Source: Vicugna vicugna
Lineage: Eukaryota
Assembly (NCBI GenBank): GCA_013265495.1
Contig: MU058636.1
Coordinates: 5,553,741 to 5,617,740 of the forward strand
Length of the DNA: 64,000 bases
Reading direction: 5' to 3'
Program-made: the position numbers and the translations under genes
Notes under the pieces: model-generated
The model's database searches: none
Told to the model about the DNA's origin: nothing
The model's input: the letters and a program-made list of their open reading frames with translations, nothing else
Shown here: positions 1-12,744 of the stretch, in pieces
Layout: each line of letters opens with the position of its first letter
Numbering within the stretch: the stretch's first letter is position 1

Positions 1-845
1 TATAATGGATATTACTCAGCACCCCCCCCAAAAGAATAAAATCTTGCCATTCTGACAACACAGATGGACCTAGAGGGTATTATGCTAACTGAAATAAGAT
101 GGACAGAGAGATCAAAACTGTACAATTTCACTTAGATGTGAAATCTGAAAAACAAGACAGATGAACTAACATAACGAAACAGAAACAGAGTCATAGATAC
201 AGAGAACAAACGAGTGGTTGCCAGAGGGAATGAGAGAAATAGATAAGGGAGATTAAGAGATACAAATGAAATAAATGAGTCATGGGTATGAAATGTACAG
301 TATGGGGAATATAGTCAATAAAATAATGTAATATTGTTGTATGGTGACAGATGGTAACTAGACTTATCGTGGTGACTATTTTGTAATGTATAGAAAGATC
401 AAATCACCGTATTTTGCACCAGGAACATAGTGTTGTAGGTCAACTATACTTTAAAACAAACAAAATCATAGAAAAAGAGATCAGATTTCTAGTTATCAGA
501 GGCGATGGGGGGGGAGGAGGAATTGAATGAAGGTGGTCAAAAGGCACAAACTTCCAGTTACAAGATAAATAAGTACTAGGGATGTAATGTGCAACATGAT
601 AAATATAATTAACACTGTTGTATGTTATATATTAAAACTGGTAGGAGAGTAGGTCCTAGAAGTTCTCATTACAAGGAAATTTTTTTTCTTTTTCTTTGAT
701 TTTGTATCCATATGAGATGGATGTTCACTAACCTTATTGTGATAACCATTTCATGATGTATGTAAATTAAATCATCATGCTGTACACCTTAAACTTACAT
801 AGTGCTGTATGTCAATTTTTGCTCAATAAAACTGGAAGAAAAAAA
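1..845 (+). mobile_element. LINE-1 3' end/3' UTR (L1MA9-like laurasiatherian type), truncated by window start
   Basis: L1 3' motifs (aatggatattactcagc..., atggacctagagggtattatgctaa..., ctgtacaccttaaacttacatagtgctgtatgtcaa) ending in aataaa and an A-rich tail at ~825-845. Confidence 0.9.
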
Positions 846-1956
846 GGCAAAGTAATTATTTGGTACAGTTGCACTGAGCTGTGAATTCAAGAGCAAAATT
901 CTCAGAAAAAATTGCAGAAGCCAGAGGATATTGGTAACCATCAAGGAAAAGAGTATTTACCTGGAATGATAAAAAAAATAATAATGAACAGAGTTTTGCT
1001 CTGGTCAAGAACAGAGATAAGGGTGAACTAGAAGGGGGAACTGGAGATAATTTTAAAAGCCTAATTTTTGGTAAATGTGTTTTAAGTCAAATCGAGTAAT
1101 AAGACTGAATTTTCAATAATTTCCTTGCTTCAAAACCTCTGTATTAACCATTTCTTCCTCATTCTTTGGATGAAATCTGAAGTGCCATGGTTCTTCAGCT
1201 CACATAGCTGATTAAAAGTAATCTAGTCACCTTTGCTCTTAAGAATGATCTCATTTTAGCCATTGGAATATCCAGTCCACTGTAATTATAAAAAGCTTCA
1301 AATTTTATCCAAGATGAAAGCTTTCCTGTTTCCCAGTCTTGCTCTTCAGCCTTACTGTCACCCCTCTCCCCACCACCCCAGCTCTTGTTAGATACCCCCG
1401 GCATTCTCAGAGGTTGCACTGGGTGGGAAAGGGGCCTGAGGTCAGGAAGAGAAAAGGTCTTGGATGCTGGGCTAGGTGGTGCACTCTGGACATGGCAGGT
1501 TCCCAAGGCTGAGTCTTTTCTCATAAGATCACATTGCCAGATTTCTTTGCAGCCCTGGGCATTTGGTGGCCCATCCCGTCTGTCATGATCAGTTGTTCCT
1601 ACAGGCAGTTCTCATGGTAACTTTTTCTATAAGGCCCACATCCAGCTCAGGACTAAGGGACCAGCACCTTCTGCCATTGGTGGGAGAGTAGTTCCCTCCA
1701 GTGTCTCCCTCTTTTTGTTCTATAATTGTGGCAAGCCATTCAAGGCACAGCCTTTTGCCTTCATCTTTCCCAGAAAGGAATTAGGCACCGTTTCTGGGCT
1801 CTCAGAACTCTAGGGAATATAAGTCAACTTTTTTGGTCCCTTCATGCACTGGGGTACTAGGACCCCCCCTACTGACCTGAAATGAGAAGGAAGCACAGCA
1901 CATTGACCACTCTACTAATAAGAGCTGCCTTCCTTACTCTTCAATTTCAACCCTTT

Positions 1957-2055
1957 GGGGGTGTGGGTATAGCTTAGTGGTAGAGTGCATGCTTAGCATG
2001 CATGAGGTCCTAGGTTCAATCCCTAGTACCTCCAATTAAAATAAAATTTAAAAAA
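1957..2055 (+). mobile_element. tRNA-Ala(AGC)-derived SINE, camelid Vic-1 type
   Basis: A-box tagcttagtgg, anticodon arm catgc-ttagcat-gcatg, B-box ggttcaatccc, ends tcca + A-rich tail; near-identical TSD tttcaacccttt (1945-1956) / tttcaacctttt (2058-2069). Confidence 0.92.
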
Positions 2056-2289
2056 TTTTTCAACCTTTTAAAAATTCTGAAGTGGGTGATGGGCTAAGAA
2101 CAGGATGGGATTTTTACTACCCCCTTTGCAAATCCTGCATAGGCCTTCTAGTATCTTGCTCTGGAATTGGGGAGAGGAGTGGAGAGACTTGACACGTAAT
2201 GTTTTGATTTCTACAACAGGAACCTTAGCTGAAACTGATTACAATGGTTCTGTGTTATCATGGGGTTACAATTAAGAGAAACATCTCGT

Positions 2290-2378
2290 CAGTGCCCATG
2301 TTACACTGGGCTGTGTTCTAGCTGCTGGAGATTCAAGGTGAGAAGACATAGTCACCTGTCTTGAGGAGTTGGCAGTGG
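2290..2378 (-). mobile_element. L2 3'-end fragment
   Basis: Degenerate match to reversed L2 tail (ctgtgttctagctgctggagat...agacatagtcacctgtcttgaggagtt). Confidence 0.5.
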
Positions 2379-3108
2379 AGGGAACATTGCCCTCTCCCCC
2401 ATACTGTGTTCAAGTGATCCTTGTTCTCTAAGCTCATGAGTGTGTCCTGGGCTGGAAAAGGGAAAAGCACAAGTGTGAGGAGTCTGAGGGGTCAGCGTTT
2501 ACTAAATGGTGCGTTTCTGTAAGACTGGGACCGTGACATGGAGTGTCTCAACCCTGACCAAGAGAGATGCCAGAATCAAGAAGTGAGCAGAGCCAACAGG
2601 AGGTAGAAGCCAGGGTCCAAGAAGCTTCAAAGGATATCTACTGGGTTCAGAACAGTAGGAACTGGAAATAAATATCAAGGCTAAGGTTCTCAGAGCTAAA
2701 GGAAAATTGAGCAACAATAGCTGAGTTTAGAGTAAATGGGCAGAGATCAAGAGTAATGGCCCAGAAAAGGCCACTGTTGGTGGTCTGCCCTAACTTGCCA
2801 GCAGGGGCGTAAAATGGGATTGGGGTGTAGAGTTACGGGGCAAGTGTAACCACAGGGCTGGGTCCTTCAGGAGGAACTCTGCGTAGGTTGTGGGGAGCTC
2901 AGGCCATGTGCTTGTTGCTTGAAGCCTTCAGAGATGGGGCACAGGCTGAGCCCTGCAATGGGAGAAGGTGCTTAAGAAGGTTCAGAGGCTTGAATCCTAC
3001 TGGTAAGATTCCTGCTTCCCTCCTGGGTTGGTTTATTTAAAATCCACCCTTTCTTCAGACCTCAGCTAGCCACATCTTTTCTAGAACCTCACTGTTTCCT
3101 CTCAAATT

Positions 3109-3669
3109 TTACAGGAGTCTGGAAATTAGTAACATGCTGCCCTGCATTGCCAATTCCCCTTTGTAAACACACCCTATCATTTGACTTGCTGAAACACAAG
3201 GACCTGAAATAACCTCCTTGGTTCTCTGCCCTGTAGCCTGGAGCTGTACCAACATTACGCACATTGGCAGGCTGAGATCTGCTGCAGCCTCGGAGATCAA
3301 TCCTCGTACTGATAGCCTTACGGCAGATGTTGGCACTGTGTTGGTCTTGCTGCTGGTGAGGAGGGTGTCCCCAACTCCCAATACCTTGCTAACTCTACAT
3401 TTTTGCTTGTACAGCAGTCCTTCAGAGGGCAGATACTCCGCTAAAATAATCCCTGCTACATGAGGTACATAAACTGGTATATAAGGAAAAATGATCCCAC
3501 TGATTAAACAGTTCCTGGGGGGAAAGCACCCCTCCCCCCAGAGAGCTATAGTAGAAGGAACTCTGACGGAGGAAGGCTGAGGAGCCTTCCGGTGAAAGGA
3601 GGCCGGAGGTGAGCTGAGACAGGGTGGGCACAAATTGCTTCTCACCACATCCTCTCCATCATCTACCAT
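3109..3669 (-). CDS. Hypothetical 186-aa orphan ORF, no recognised homology
   Basis: Longest ORF in the track and outside any repeat I recognise; ATG in aagATGG context; acceptor ttttattacag ending at 3696; minus-strand AATAAA at 3037-3032. Confidence 0.25.
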   Translation of the reverse strand: MVDDGEDVVRSNLCPPCLSSPPASFHRKAPQPSSVRVPSTIALWGEGCFPPRNCLISGIIFPYIPVYVPHVAGIILAEYLPSEGLLYKQKCRVSKVLGVGDTLLTSSKTNTVPTSAVRLSVRGLISEAAADLSLPMCVMLVQLQATGQRTKEVISGPCVSASQMIGCVYKGELAMQGSMLLISRLL

Positions 3670-6600
3670 CTTTAGCTCTTTATGTTCTTGTTATACTGTA
3701 ATAAAATGGGTATGTAGACCTTCTACTCATCATAAACTACAGAGAACAACAACAAAAAACACTTCATTCACTCCTCTGAGAAATTAATCATTCTCTGATA
3801 TTCAAATCATATGCTGACATTTAGTTACTTACAGAGCTATAAATAAAAATTAAAAATTTATCTCCATTAAATTTATGCTACATGGCCATAGAGTCTAATA
3901 ATCATGTCAATTGTAATTAAAATCCATTTCCTATATTAATTTCATTTTATCTTCTCTTATATTGTTCAAGTATAAAATAAACTGACATTCATGGTTAGGA
4001 AGCAGGAATGTCCTATAATTTTGACTTCAATATCTTCAGAAGTCTGGAAGAATTCAGAAGAATGTTTAAAGTCACATTATTAAATATTTGACTTATTTCC
4101 TAGTCTTATTTAAAAAGACCGGCTGAAGAAACAGACACAAGAGCGATCTCCCCTGTCTTTGCACGGGATAAAATAAGGGTATTGCAGCCACTTTCAGCAG
4201 CAGTATTTCATACCGTGAGCGGAGCCTACGAACCCTAGCTAGAGGGGAAAACGCTGGCGGCCAGAAAACGTAAAACGCTCAGAAGAATCAGTAAAAAGCA
4301 TGTCTGAAGTGCTTACTTGATGAATAGCACTTTATAAACCATTAACAAATACAAAAGAAAGAGAAGACACAACCTCTGTTTGATAAATTTATAAAAGCTA
4401 GAATTGCTGAGTTCAAATTCATTTCCAAAATTGGAACCGAAAAGCATGCTCTGGCTTCGGTTGTGCCATTGCTGTGTCCAGTATTACCTCCAGAGTAACT
4501 GACAGGGACCAATCACTGCAGGGTTTGTTTTACCACCGACCCTGTATTTCAAAAGAACTTGCATTTTACTATCCAGTGCCCTGTCCACTTGACTTAGTTG
4601 GTTGAGGATTCCAAGGGCACTGGTTTTATCCCTTTTTGCAGCATGAGCCTTGTTCTATTTTACAGTGACAGATGGCACTTGCATATCCAACCTCCTCACA
4701 AATTTATATCATCTGTCACAAAACAGAGACAAGAGGTCAAGGTAGATCAATGTAAATCTATCAGCATTACTGAAAATATAAATCGAGGCACACACTTTGC
4801 TTGTGCCAAGAATGCTATGCTCAAATATGAGGAAAGCGTTGTTATTTCTGGCCCAAGAAGAGAGGGAGTTTCTGTTCCAGCCCCTTTAGAGAATAATCCA
4901 GATTAAATCATATAGCTTTAGCTCTGGTGAAAATTATGCTGGTGGCCAGGAAATCCTATCTATCACCAAGACACAAGAGTTCTTTTCATTTTGCATGCTG
5001 GACCAGGAAGAAAACAGCTCTAAGTGCATCATGGGCAATCTGTGTCCCTTTTCTACCTCTAAACGAGTATATACAGAATATTTTCAGGTATGGTTTCAGA
5101 AACTAGTCCCTACTTACGTATTTCTTTTCCATGATGTATCAGTTTCAAATGACATATCCTTTGAATTCTTTTAAGCACTCAGCAGGTTACTTTTTAAGTT
5201 TGTGTGTGTGCTTGTGTATGTGTCACAGAAAAATAGATTTTAATCCCTCCCAGTGATGAGAAAATATCGGGGTCTGGGTTATAATAAAAATATAACTAGA
5301 AAACTTCATTAATTATCAAAAACTTCATTAATGATCATTAAGAAAATTCTACTTCATTTTATGTTAAACTAAATGACTCTATTTTAAGAATTGGAAAACA
5401 ATTGAGATAAATTTTTAACATTGTTATTGCTTGCCCTGGATAAGGAAAATCAGAGCAAACAATATTCACAATTGGCCAAACAAAAACCACATCCATAAAT
5501 TCTTAAAAATAAGCAGGTCAAGTGTCACCAGTTTTGCCTTTCAGTATTTACTGCATTTACCAAAATCTTGACTGATCAAGGTTTGTGCAACTTATTTTTA
5601 AATGAGACTCAAGGTTTTGTTTTGCAAGTCGAAATACTACTTTAAATCAATGTCGCAAGAACAGTGTCTCTTTAGCAGGATAAGCCTGCAGAGGACATAC
5701 AGGATTGATACATAGGCCGAGCACACCTCACATTCTTTGACATAGAAGTTGGAAATATTTCCTGAAAAACCTCAACACATCTAGGAAGGTTATTATGGAT
5801 GTGATGGAATTAGTTATAAATGACTCTTAGCTAGGCTTTACAAATGATGAAACAGGGAGAGTTTTGGTAAAGGTGCCCAGGACAGCTCAGGGAATCAGAA
5901 GGCAGCAGAGACCCTATGTTGTCAATTTGGGGTCAGTACTTACTTGTTACCCATCACCAACATCCCTATCCTGAATTGGGCTGTCAGAACCACTCAGCGG
6001 GACTGCCAACGGCCTTTTAGAGCACCATCTACCAACTGTGTGAGAGGGACCTCTTGGCAGGACACTAAAGAAAAATCTCAATACTCATATGATTTTCTGT
6101 AAAGAATCCAGCCAACTGTAAAATGACTTCTGGAAAAATCTTCTGACTGTAATAACCTAGACTGTTATTGCCGTAAGGGGCCTTTGCATACTGTTCCACT
6201 AGACAGTATTTTAGGACGGGCAAGTTCTGACATAAAGTCACCGAGCACAGTATGAACTTGATTCTGTTGTGAGAATTCTTTTTTCAACTCTTTGTTTTGC
6301 AGGAGAAAAAGACGGAGAAATTGAGTTGCTCACGATCCTGTGGACATCCCTATAGATCAATAGTCTAATTTACATTTATTAGTCAGAAAATTAAAATGTT
6401 CACAGGGCCCCTAAGCATCCTCTCCTATACTTTGCTTCCCCACCCTGTTGTTTTTCCTCTAAAATGGTTGTGTTTGACAGAGCATATTCTTTGCTTAGTG
6501 TTCATCCCAGTGACCACAGGCAAGCAGGCTGGAAGTGTGGACAGGAAGTTATGATACAGAGTGAAGGACTCATATTGCCTTTGGATGTGAAGGATGCCAC

Positions 6601-7343
6601 GCTCATTCAGCCTATCATGTTTGGTCTGCTGTTGGGGAATGAATGCAGCCATTGAGTTTTTCATTTATTTAACCACATTATTATATTCTGCCTAATTAAG
6701 AAGACAAATGAAGCCTTAAAATCACCTAATATGCACTGGCAGGAACACTTCTGAGTATGGACTGGGCATCTAATTCTATAAGTTTCACATGGGCCACCTT
6801 TTCACTGACTTCCGTTTAAATTTTGCTGGCATGAAAAACACAATATAGAGACTTGAGTAAACAAAATGTAGAAATCAGGCTTTGTTTAATTATTCCAAAG
6901 CCCTTTGTCTCTTACTTGTAAGGTACAAAATGGCAAAGGCTCTTGGCAGATGCCTAAGAGCTTTTATAACTGATGTTGAGATCAGCTGAAACAAAGACAC
7001 ATTTGTTGAGCTCCAGCTTCAGATGCTGGTCTGGCTTTTCAGAGGTAAAGCCTAAGTGTTTGCTCTTGGATATGGATAAGAGTTTTTTTGTAAAAAATTG
7101 ATTTGCCAATGCTTATGCAAGGCACTGCTACATAGTATGAAATATTTGCTTGCCTAATACATGAGAAACAAATTTAAAACTCAATAGCAGCATACGGCTG
7201 GAAAGAAAGGCAACCCTGGGGAGAACATATTTCTGGGAAGCAGGAAGATTTGCTAAAATCTAGATTGGATTAAGCATTTGGAGATGAAGAAATGAATTAA
7301 TTAGCATCTCTAAAAAAGCAGCTAGGTGATTACCAATAACGAA

Positions 7344-7560
7344 GGCAGCATGGTGTAATATGTTGTGCATAAGCTTTGGAATCAGTAGACGGCTCTGCCT
7401 TTTGGGACTTGGCCAAGTTGCCTAAAGTCTCTAAACCTGTTTTCTTTTATAAAGTGGGTCTATCTACCTGCTTTGAATATCTACCTGCCTCTTGGGCAGA
7501 CAGTCAAATGAGATTATGTTCTGAAAGCGCTCTGTCAACTGTAAAGATCTACACAAACGA
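7344..7560 (+). mobile_element. MIR SINE
   Basis: ggcagcatggtgtaa...ctttggaatcag...acttggccaagttgcctaaagtctctaaacctgttttc core. Confidence 0.65.
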
Positions 7561-7611
7561 GACTATTAATAAACTAATAATAATATTTGATGAGATAATC
7601 ATTATCAGCAT

Positions 7612-7760
7612 AATAATATCAGCTAACATTTAAATATTTATTCTGTAGCAGACAATGCTTTACATGAATTATCTCCTTGGGTTACATGCTATTCTTATCC
7701 TCATCATTTTACAGAAAGGAAATCGAAGGTTGGACAGGTTGAATAACTTAACCAAGGTAT
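7612..7760 (-). mobile_element. MIR SINE
   Basis: gctaacattt...tgctttacatgaattatctc...cattttacagaaaggaaatcgaaggtt...taacttaaccaaggt. Confidence 0.65.
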
Positions 7761-8169
7761 ATTTGGCATCCACATTTGTGCTTTAACTTCCAGACTGAAT
7801 TATCAGCAGTATTTAATACATGTTTTCTATAGGCAGCACACTCATAAAGGTGTAAGGAACTAATTAACAGAGTAGAAAGTTGAGATTATTATTCTAGAGT
7901 GACAGAACTTGCATACAGAGGGAAAGTTGTACAATATTTTAAAAGCAATATGAAAATCAGTGCAAAGTTATGTAGGATGGATTGTATGTAATTAAATCCT
8001 GAAGAACAGAGAAAGAAAATTATTCTTGCAATCATACAACCTTAGTATGGCCTTAATTTTTATGACCAGTTATCCATTTAAAAAAATTCTCTTCTTATAT
8101 TATTAAAAGCCTAATTTCTGGAATAACAGTCCTATGTGTTGGTCTCCAGGCCTATGAGGATTTTAGAAC

Positions 8170-8363
8170 CACACTATCCATTACAGTAGCCACTAGCTGC
8201 AGGCAACTATTTAAATTAATTAAAACACAACTTAAAATTTTCACTCCCTCCACCCCACCAACGACATGTCAAATACTCAATAGCCATATGTGGCTACTGA
8301 CTATCATATTGGATAGCATGGATGAGTTTCCATCATCACAGAAAGTTGTACTGGGCATCACTG
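8170..8363 (+). mobile_element. MER3 (hAT-Charlie) non-autonomous DNA transposon
   Basis: cagtagccactag...ctcaatagccatatgtggcta...tttccatcatcacagaaagtt matches recalled MER3 consensus end to end. Confidence 0.8.
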
Positions 8364-10499
8364 CTTAAGAACATAAAATCAGTAAGAATCCCCTCTCTCT
8401 GCCTTGGTCTGGTGGAGCTCTGGGGACTTTCAAGTAGTATATGTAATGACACCAGAGGATCTGCCAGTATATTTAGTGCGGAAACCCTTGGAAAGAGGTG
8501 GGACTTACTCTTGGTCAACAGCATAAAGGATGGAGGCATCAAGGCTGGAGAATTATCTTAGCCTGACTTTTATGTATTCCTTAATGGGTGAAGCACAGGA
8601 CTTGCCAGTGACATGTCTACTGGTGTACGTCCCCTGGGCAGCGGGAGGAAGGGGTGAGAAGGGCGGGCAAGTAATCCTGTCCCGAACACTCAAGCATTGT
8701 TCAGAGAGGGCTCTGTGGACAGGTGAAATGGCCCACGCACACTTTCAGAGTGACAGAATCCCAAAGTGAGACAATACCGGAAAACGGAGTTGAGGTTAAA
8801 ACTAGGTCCAGATTGTAATGGGCCTTGTATTCCCTCAAATGTTTTACTGCTGTCCATTAGGCCACAGGGGTCCATAAAAAGTCTTCAAGCTGTGACCGAC
8901 ACGTTTGGCACAACTTCATGTTTTAGGAAAGTTATTAACGCAGAGGTGAGGAGGGTGTCTTAGGTTAGAAGTTGAGAAACAGTTTCTGGATTTGCCCTTC
9001 ATAGTGTTATTGTGCCCTAATCACCAGTCATAATACCTCATGGTTCAAAAAAGAAATGACTTCAAATATAGCTACTAACTTTTTTATATAAAACACTAAA
9101 AGGACAAATTAATGCTTTGTTAAATATGCACCAGTAAGATGGATTATTAGCGTGGCTTGAAAAATTCAGTCTTCTTCTGAATAAATGAGAAAGATTTGAA
9201 AAGCAGCTTAAATCCATTCTTCATCAATGTATTTATAATATTTATAATGTTCTTAATTGGTTTTCTAAAATTATAAGATGAAAGAGTTGAAATAATGGAC
9301 AACTATCAGGCTGGAAATAAAATAGGAAGATGGATGAAATATGGAAGATGAGAAAAGATGAGAAATGAGCCTGGGCACTCTCACTGTGCTGGCGTTTGGT
9401 TCATTTTTGGAAATGATTTGGTAAAATGAGTAACACACTCTCCCCTCAATTTTTCCTATTCTACTAATTCAGTCCTGAGTTGTCAAAACAAGTGAAGATA
9501 TGTTGGAAACCGCTTCTCCCTGGATCAAACCTCAGCCTGAACACTTGCTTTACAGATTGTAAACCACTGTGTCTAGTCCCAGGATATGGATCCAGTCCTG
9601 TAACTAGAAGGAGGAAGCCACCAATCTTTGTAATCACTATGAGGTTGAAAGTTTTGACTTAATGTGGAAGAAAGAGACACTTCTATTCAGGCCTAAAGCA
9701 TTTACTATGAAGTACATGGGAGCATCAGAGAAGTCAATCTGACATTTACCCAAAGGTTTCGATGAATCGCCTTTTCCAACAGGGTGGAGTGTGCAGCCTC
9801 CCAGGCCCTTCTAATGCCTCCCTCATGACTCTGCATTCACTTGACTGGCCTCAGTGCAGACAGCCTGACCCTGTTAGCCTCCCTGAAAGGCACCCTTAGA
9901 CCACATCTCTGCTTCAGAAAAGTACAGTGCAAGTGTTCTGTTATTCTGTCCCAATTTATGTATGCAATTAATTTAGCTTTATGTATATGCAACTTAAAGC
10001 CTAATTATTTTTGATGATTGTCCCAGAAACTGTTGAAAAATAAACAAAAAGAAGAGAGCATCTGCTTCTATCATGCTGAGGAAATTGGTATTGGATTTGT
10101 AACCTTATTGTAAACAAAGAAAACTGGACAAAATTGACAAATCACTGTTCCAGATGTTATAAAGGAAATAGCATATGACTGTGTTCCCTGAGAGAAGGGA
10201 AACAGACAAGGAGAGCCCTACACTCACCCCAGCTTTCTGTCTGGAAGGACTTTCCGAAGTGCAGGGCAGGGAGGGGGATCTCCAGCAAAGCACAAGGGTC
10301 ATGCTAAATGGGGAGGACAGAAATAAGAATTCAGGAGAGAAAAAATGACTGGAATTGACAGAACAGAGAATCAGAGAGAAGGGAGCTATTCAGGAAAAAG
10401 CTGCGGAAGCCGGCACAGGGTCTCTGAGTCTGCTGCTGAACACTAGCCTGGCATGCACAGGCAGAAACTCCCCGAGGCCAGGAAAGAACACCCAGGGGC

Positions 10500-10870
10500 C
10501 AGAGGCACTGACTGCAGGGGCATTTATTCTTGACTGTGTAGTCACAGATGTTTGTAGAGCAAACAGCCTTGGTAGACAGAGGTAGTGTCTCCCTCAGGAG
10601 CAGAGGGCAGACATACTTACTTCCCATTCTAAAAGATTCAGGTTCCCCAAACTCAGGCTTCCTATCCTCTACCACACTGCACTGCATATGCAGATAGCCC
10701 CTGTGGCTGGGGAAGGTAGTGCAGAGACTGACACCCTGGCTTCTGCTCCTGCCATCAGTAATAAAGTTCTTAGCCTGACTCAGGAGCCTTGTCTTCTGTT
10801 GACATCCTTGAAACTAGAGAAGACTAACTTGTTAGCCTGCAAGTAGGGTTGAGCTCAGATCCTTCAATAT
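10500..10870 (+). mobile_element. ERVL solo LTR, MER76-like (5' boundary uncertain)
   Basis: aaaagattcaggttcccc..., agtaataaagtt...ctaacttgttagcctgcaagtagggt...ctcagatccttca LTR 3' half. Confidence 0.65.
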
Positions 10871-11213
10871 TTGGAGGGTTATGGTGATGAGGATAGGATG
10901 CTAATAGAGATGTAGTTTTCTGGAAAATGAAGGATGAGGCCAAATAACGGGATTTGAGAGAAGTCTGGGAATTAGTAACAAACATAAAATGTAGACCAAA
11001 TCATACGGCCGACGGGGCAGTACATGGTTCTCCCCTTTATTGCCTGTTATTGAGGAGGAGTTGAGGAGTAGTTACAGGCTAAGTACCAGAAAGTAGACTC
11101 AAAGGTCTGATTATGACCAACTCTCCTCTGAGGAGAAGGAAGGATGTTTCCTACCAATCTTGCAGTCAGCCTCAGGTCTGTCCTCTTGTAACAATTAGTA
11201 CTAATATTCACCC

Positions 11214-12330
11214 TGAAACAACTGGATATCCATATGGGGAGAAAATTAACCTTGACGTGACCTCATGACATTCACAAAAATAGAGACAACATAAGATAAC
11301 ATCAAGATTTTTAGGATAGGGAAAGGATTCTTAGGATACAAAAACATGAACTATATGAAAACTGATTAACTGAATTTCACCATCAAAATTAAATTCTTCT
11401 CTGAAAGACAGTGTTTAAAAAAAAAAAGCTGCCGAGTAGAAAAATATTCAAAGTACATATATCTGAAGATTTATATCCAGCTATAGAGAACTACTCAACT
11501 CAGTAATTTAAAAAGACAAGAATCCAATTTAAAATGAATGAAAGATTTGTACAAGCACTTCACAAAAGAAGATATGCAAATAATCACTTAGCACATTAGA
11601 AGATGTTCAATATCATCAGTATCAGGAAAATACAAATTAAAATCACAGTGAGATACCACTGCACACAAGCGTTAAGGTATGCAGCAGGTGAAACTCTCAT
11701 ACGTTGCTGGGAGGATGTCAAAGAGCACAAGCACTCTAGAAAGTGCTCTGATAGTTTTCTTCTACATTTAACATGTAACTCAGCACTCACTCCTTGCTAT
11801 TTACCCAAGAGAAATGAAAACATGTATCTTTGCAAAGACATTTAAGTGACTGTTCAGAGCAGATTTATTCATAATAGGCCCAAACTGGGAACTCAAAAGT
11901 CCACTGACAGGTGAGTGGATACACAAGTTGTAGTATATGTATGGAAGGAAAGTCTCAAGAAATGAAAAGGAACAAACTGATGGAAAAAAACACAACTGAT
12001 CTTCAGAACCTAATGCGAGAAAGCCAGAATCAACAGAAGAGAACATTCAATGAGATTTAACTTATATAAAGTTCTAGAATAGGTGTAATGAAAATGGAAG
12101 TAGGTGTAATTTACAGTGGAAGAAAGCAGATCACTGATTACCTGTGGCTGCGGTTGTGCGGGACAACGTCTGCAAAGTGGCACGAGGCAACTTTTTGGAT
12201 AGTTATTCTTGATTGTGATGGTGGTTACACGGGACATATACAGGGTAAAGCTCATCAAGCTGTACACTAAAATGAGTGCTTTTCAGTATATGCAAACAAT
12301 ACTTCAGTAAAGTTGATTTTTAAAAAAATC
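11214..12330 (+). mobile_element. Old LINE-1 (L1ME-like) ORF2 3' region and 3' UTR
   Basis: cacttcacaaaagaagatat...aatacaaattaaaatcacagtgagataccac; 3' end tatgcaaacaatacttcagtaaagttgattttt + A run. Confidence 0.85.
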
Positions 12331-12744
12331 CACAAATTAAAAAAAAAAATTAACATGGTATGTCAAAATGACCCAGAACCAATCTTAAAAGAGTTCTCTC
12401 TGGCCAAAGTTGACAGTTGAAGCATCAAAAAGAGAATAATGGCTGGGGATACTTGAACTACAAGGAATATATGAGACATTATTCTATAATTACATGAGTG
12501 CGTACACATACACAATACACACACACAAACATACACATAACATACACATCAAAGAACAGAATTTAATTTTTTTCTTAAAAATTTTTTCCATGAGCAGTAT
12601 CTTTTCCATGTTCTGGAACTAGAGATCCTAAAACAGCATTACATTTTTTTGGATCTCAATTTGTTTGGTTTTCAATTACTTATTTAAAAAACTTTATATT
12701 TTCTAAGCAAAAGCTTGATGGAATTTTGAAAAACCAAACTACAT

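Noticed and set aside
950..985. Minus-strand recursive-splice-like site (ttttttttatcattccag|gtaaat)
   Set aside because: Donor half is suboptimal, it is a single instance, and no host long intron is established
1957..2034. Functional tRNA-Ala(AGC) gene
   Set aside because: Extra 5' bases, A-rich tail, TSD, CpG decay and a second similar copy at 13.9 kb identify it as a SINE
5300..5337. 19-bp tandem duplication aaaacttcattaat(t/g)atca
   Set aside because: Ordinary slippage duplication in AT-rich DNA; two units with no spacers, so not CRISPR-like
6020..6037. CTCF-like word (TTGGTAGATGGTGCT, minus strand)
   Set aside because: Only the right half matches; the CCAC/CCAG 5' part is missing
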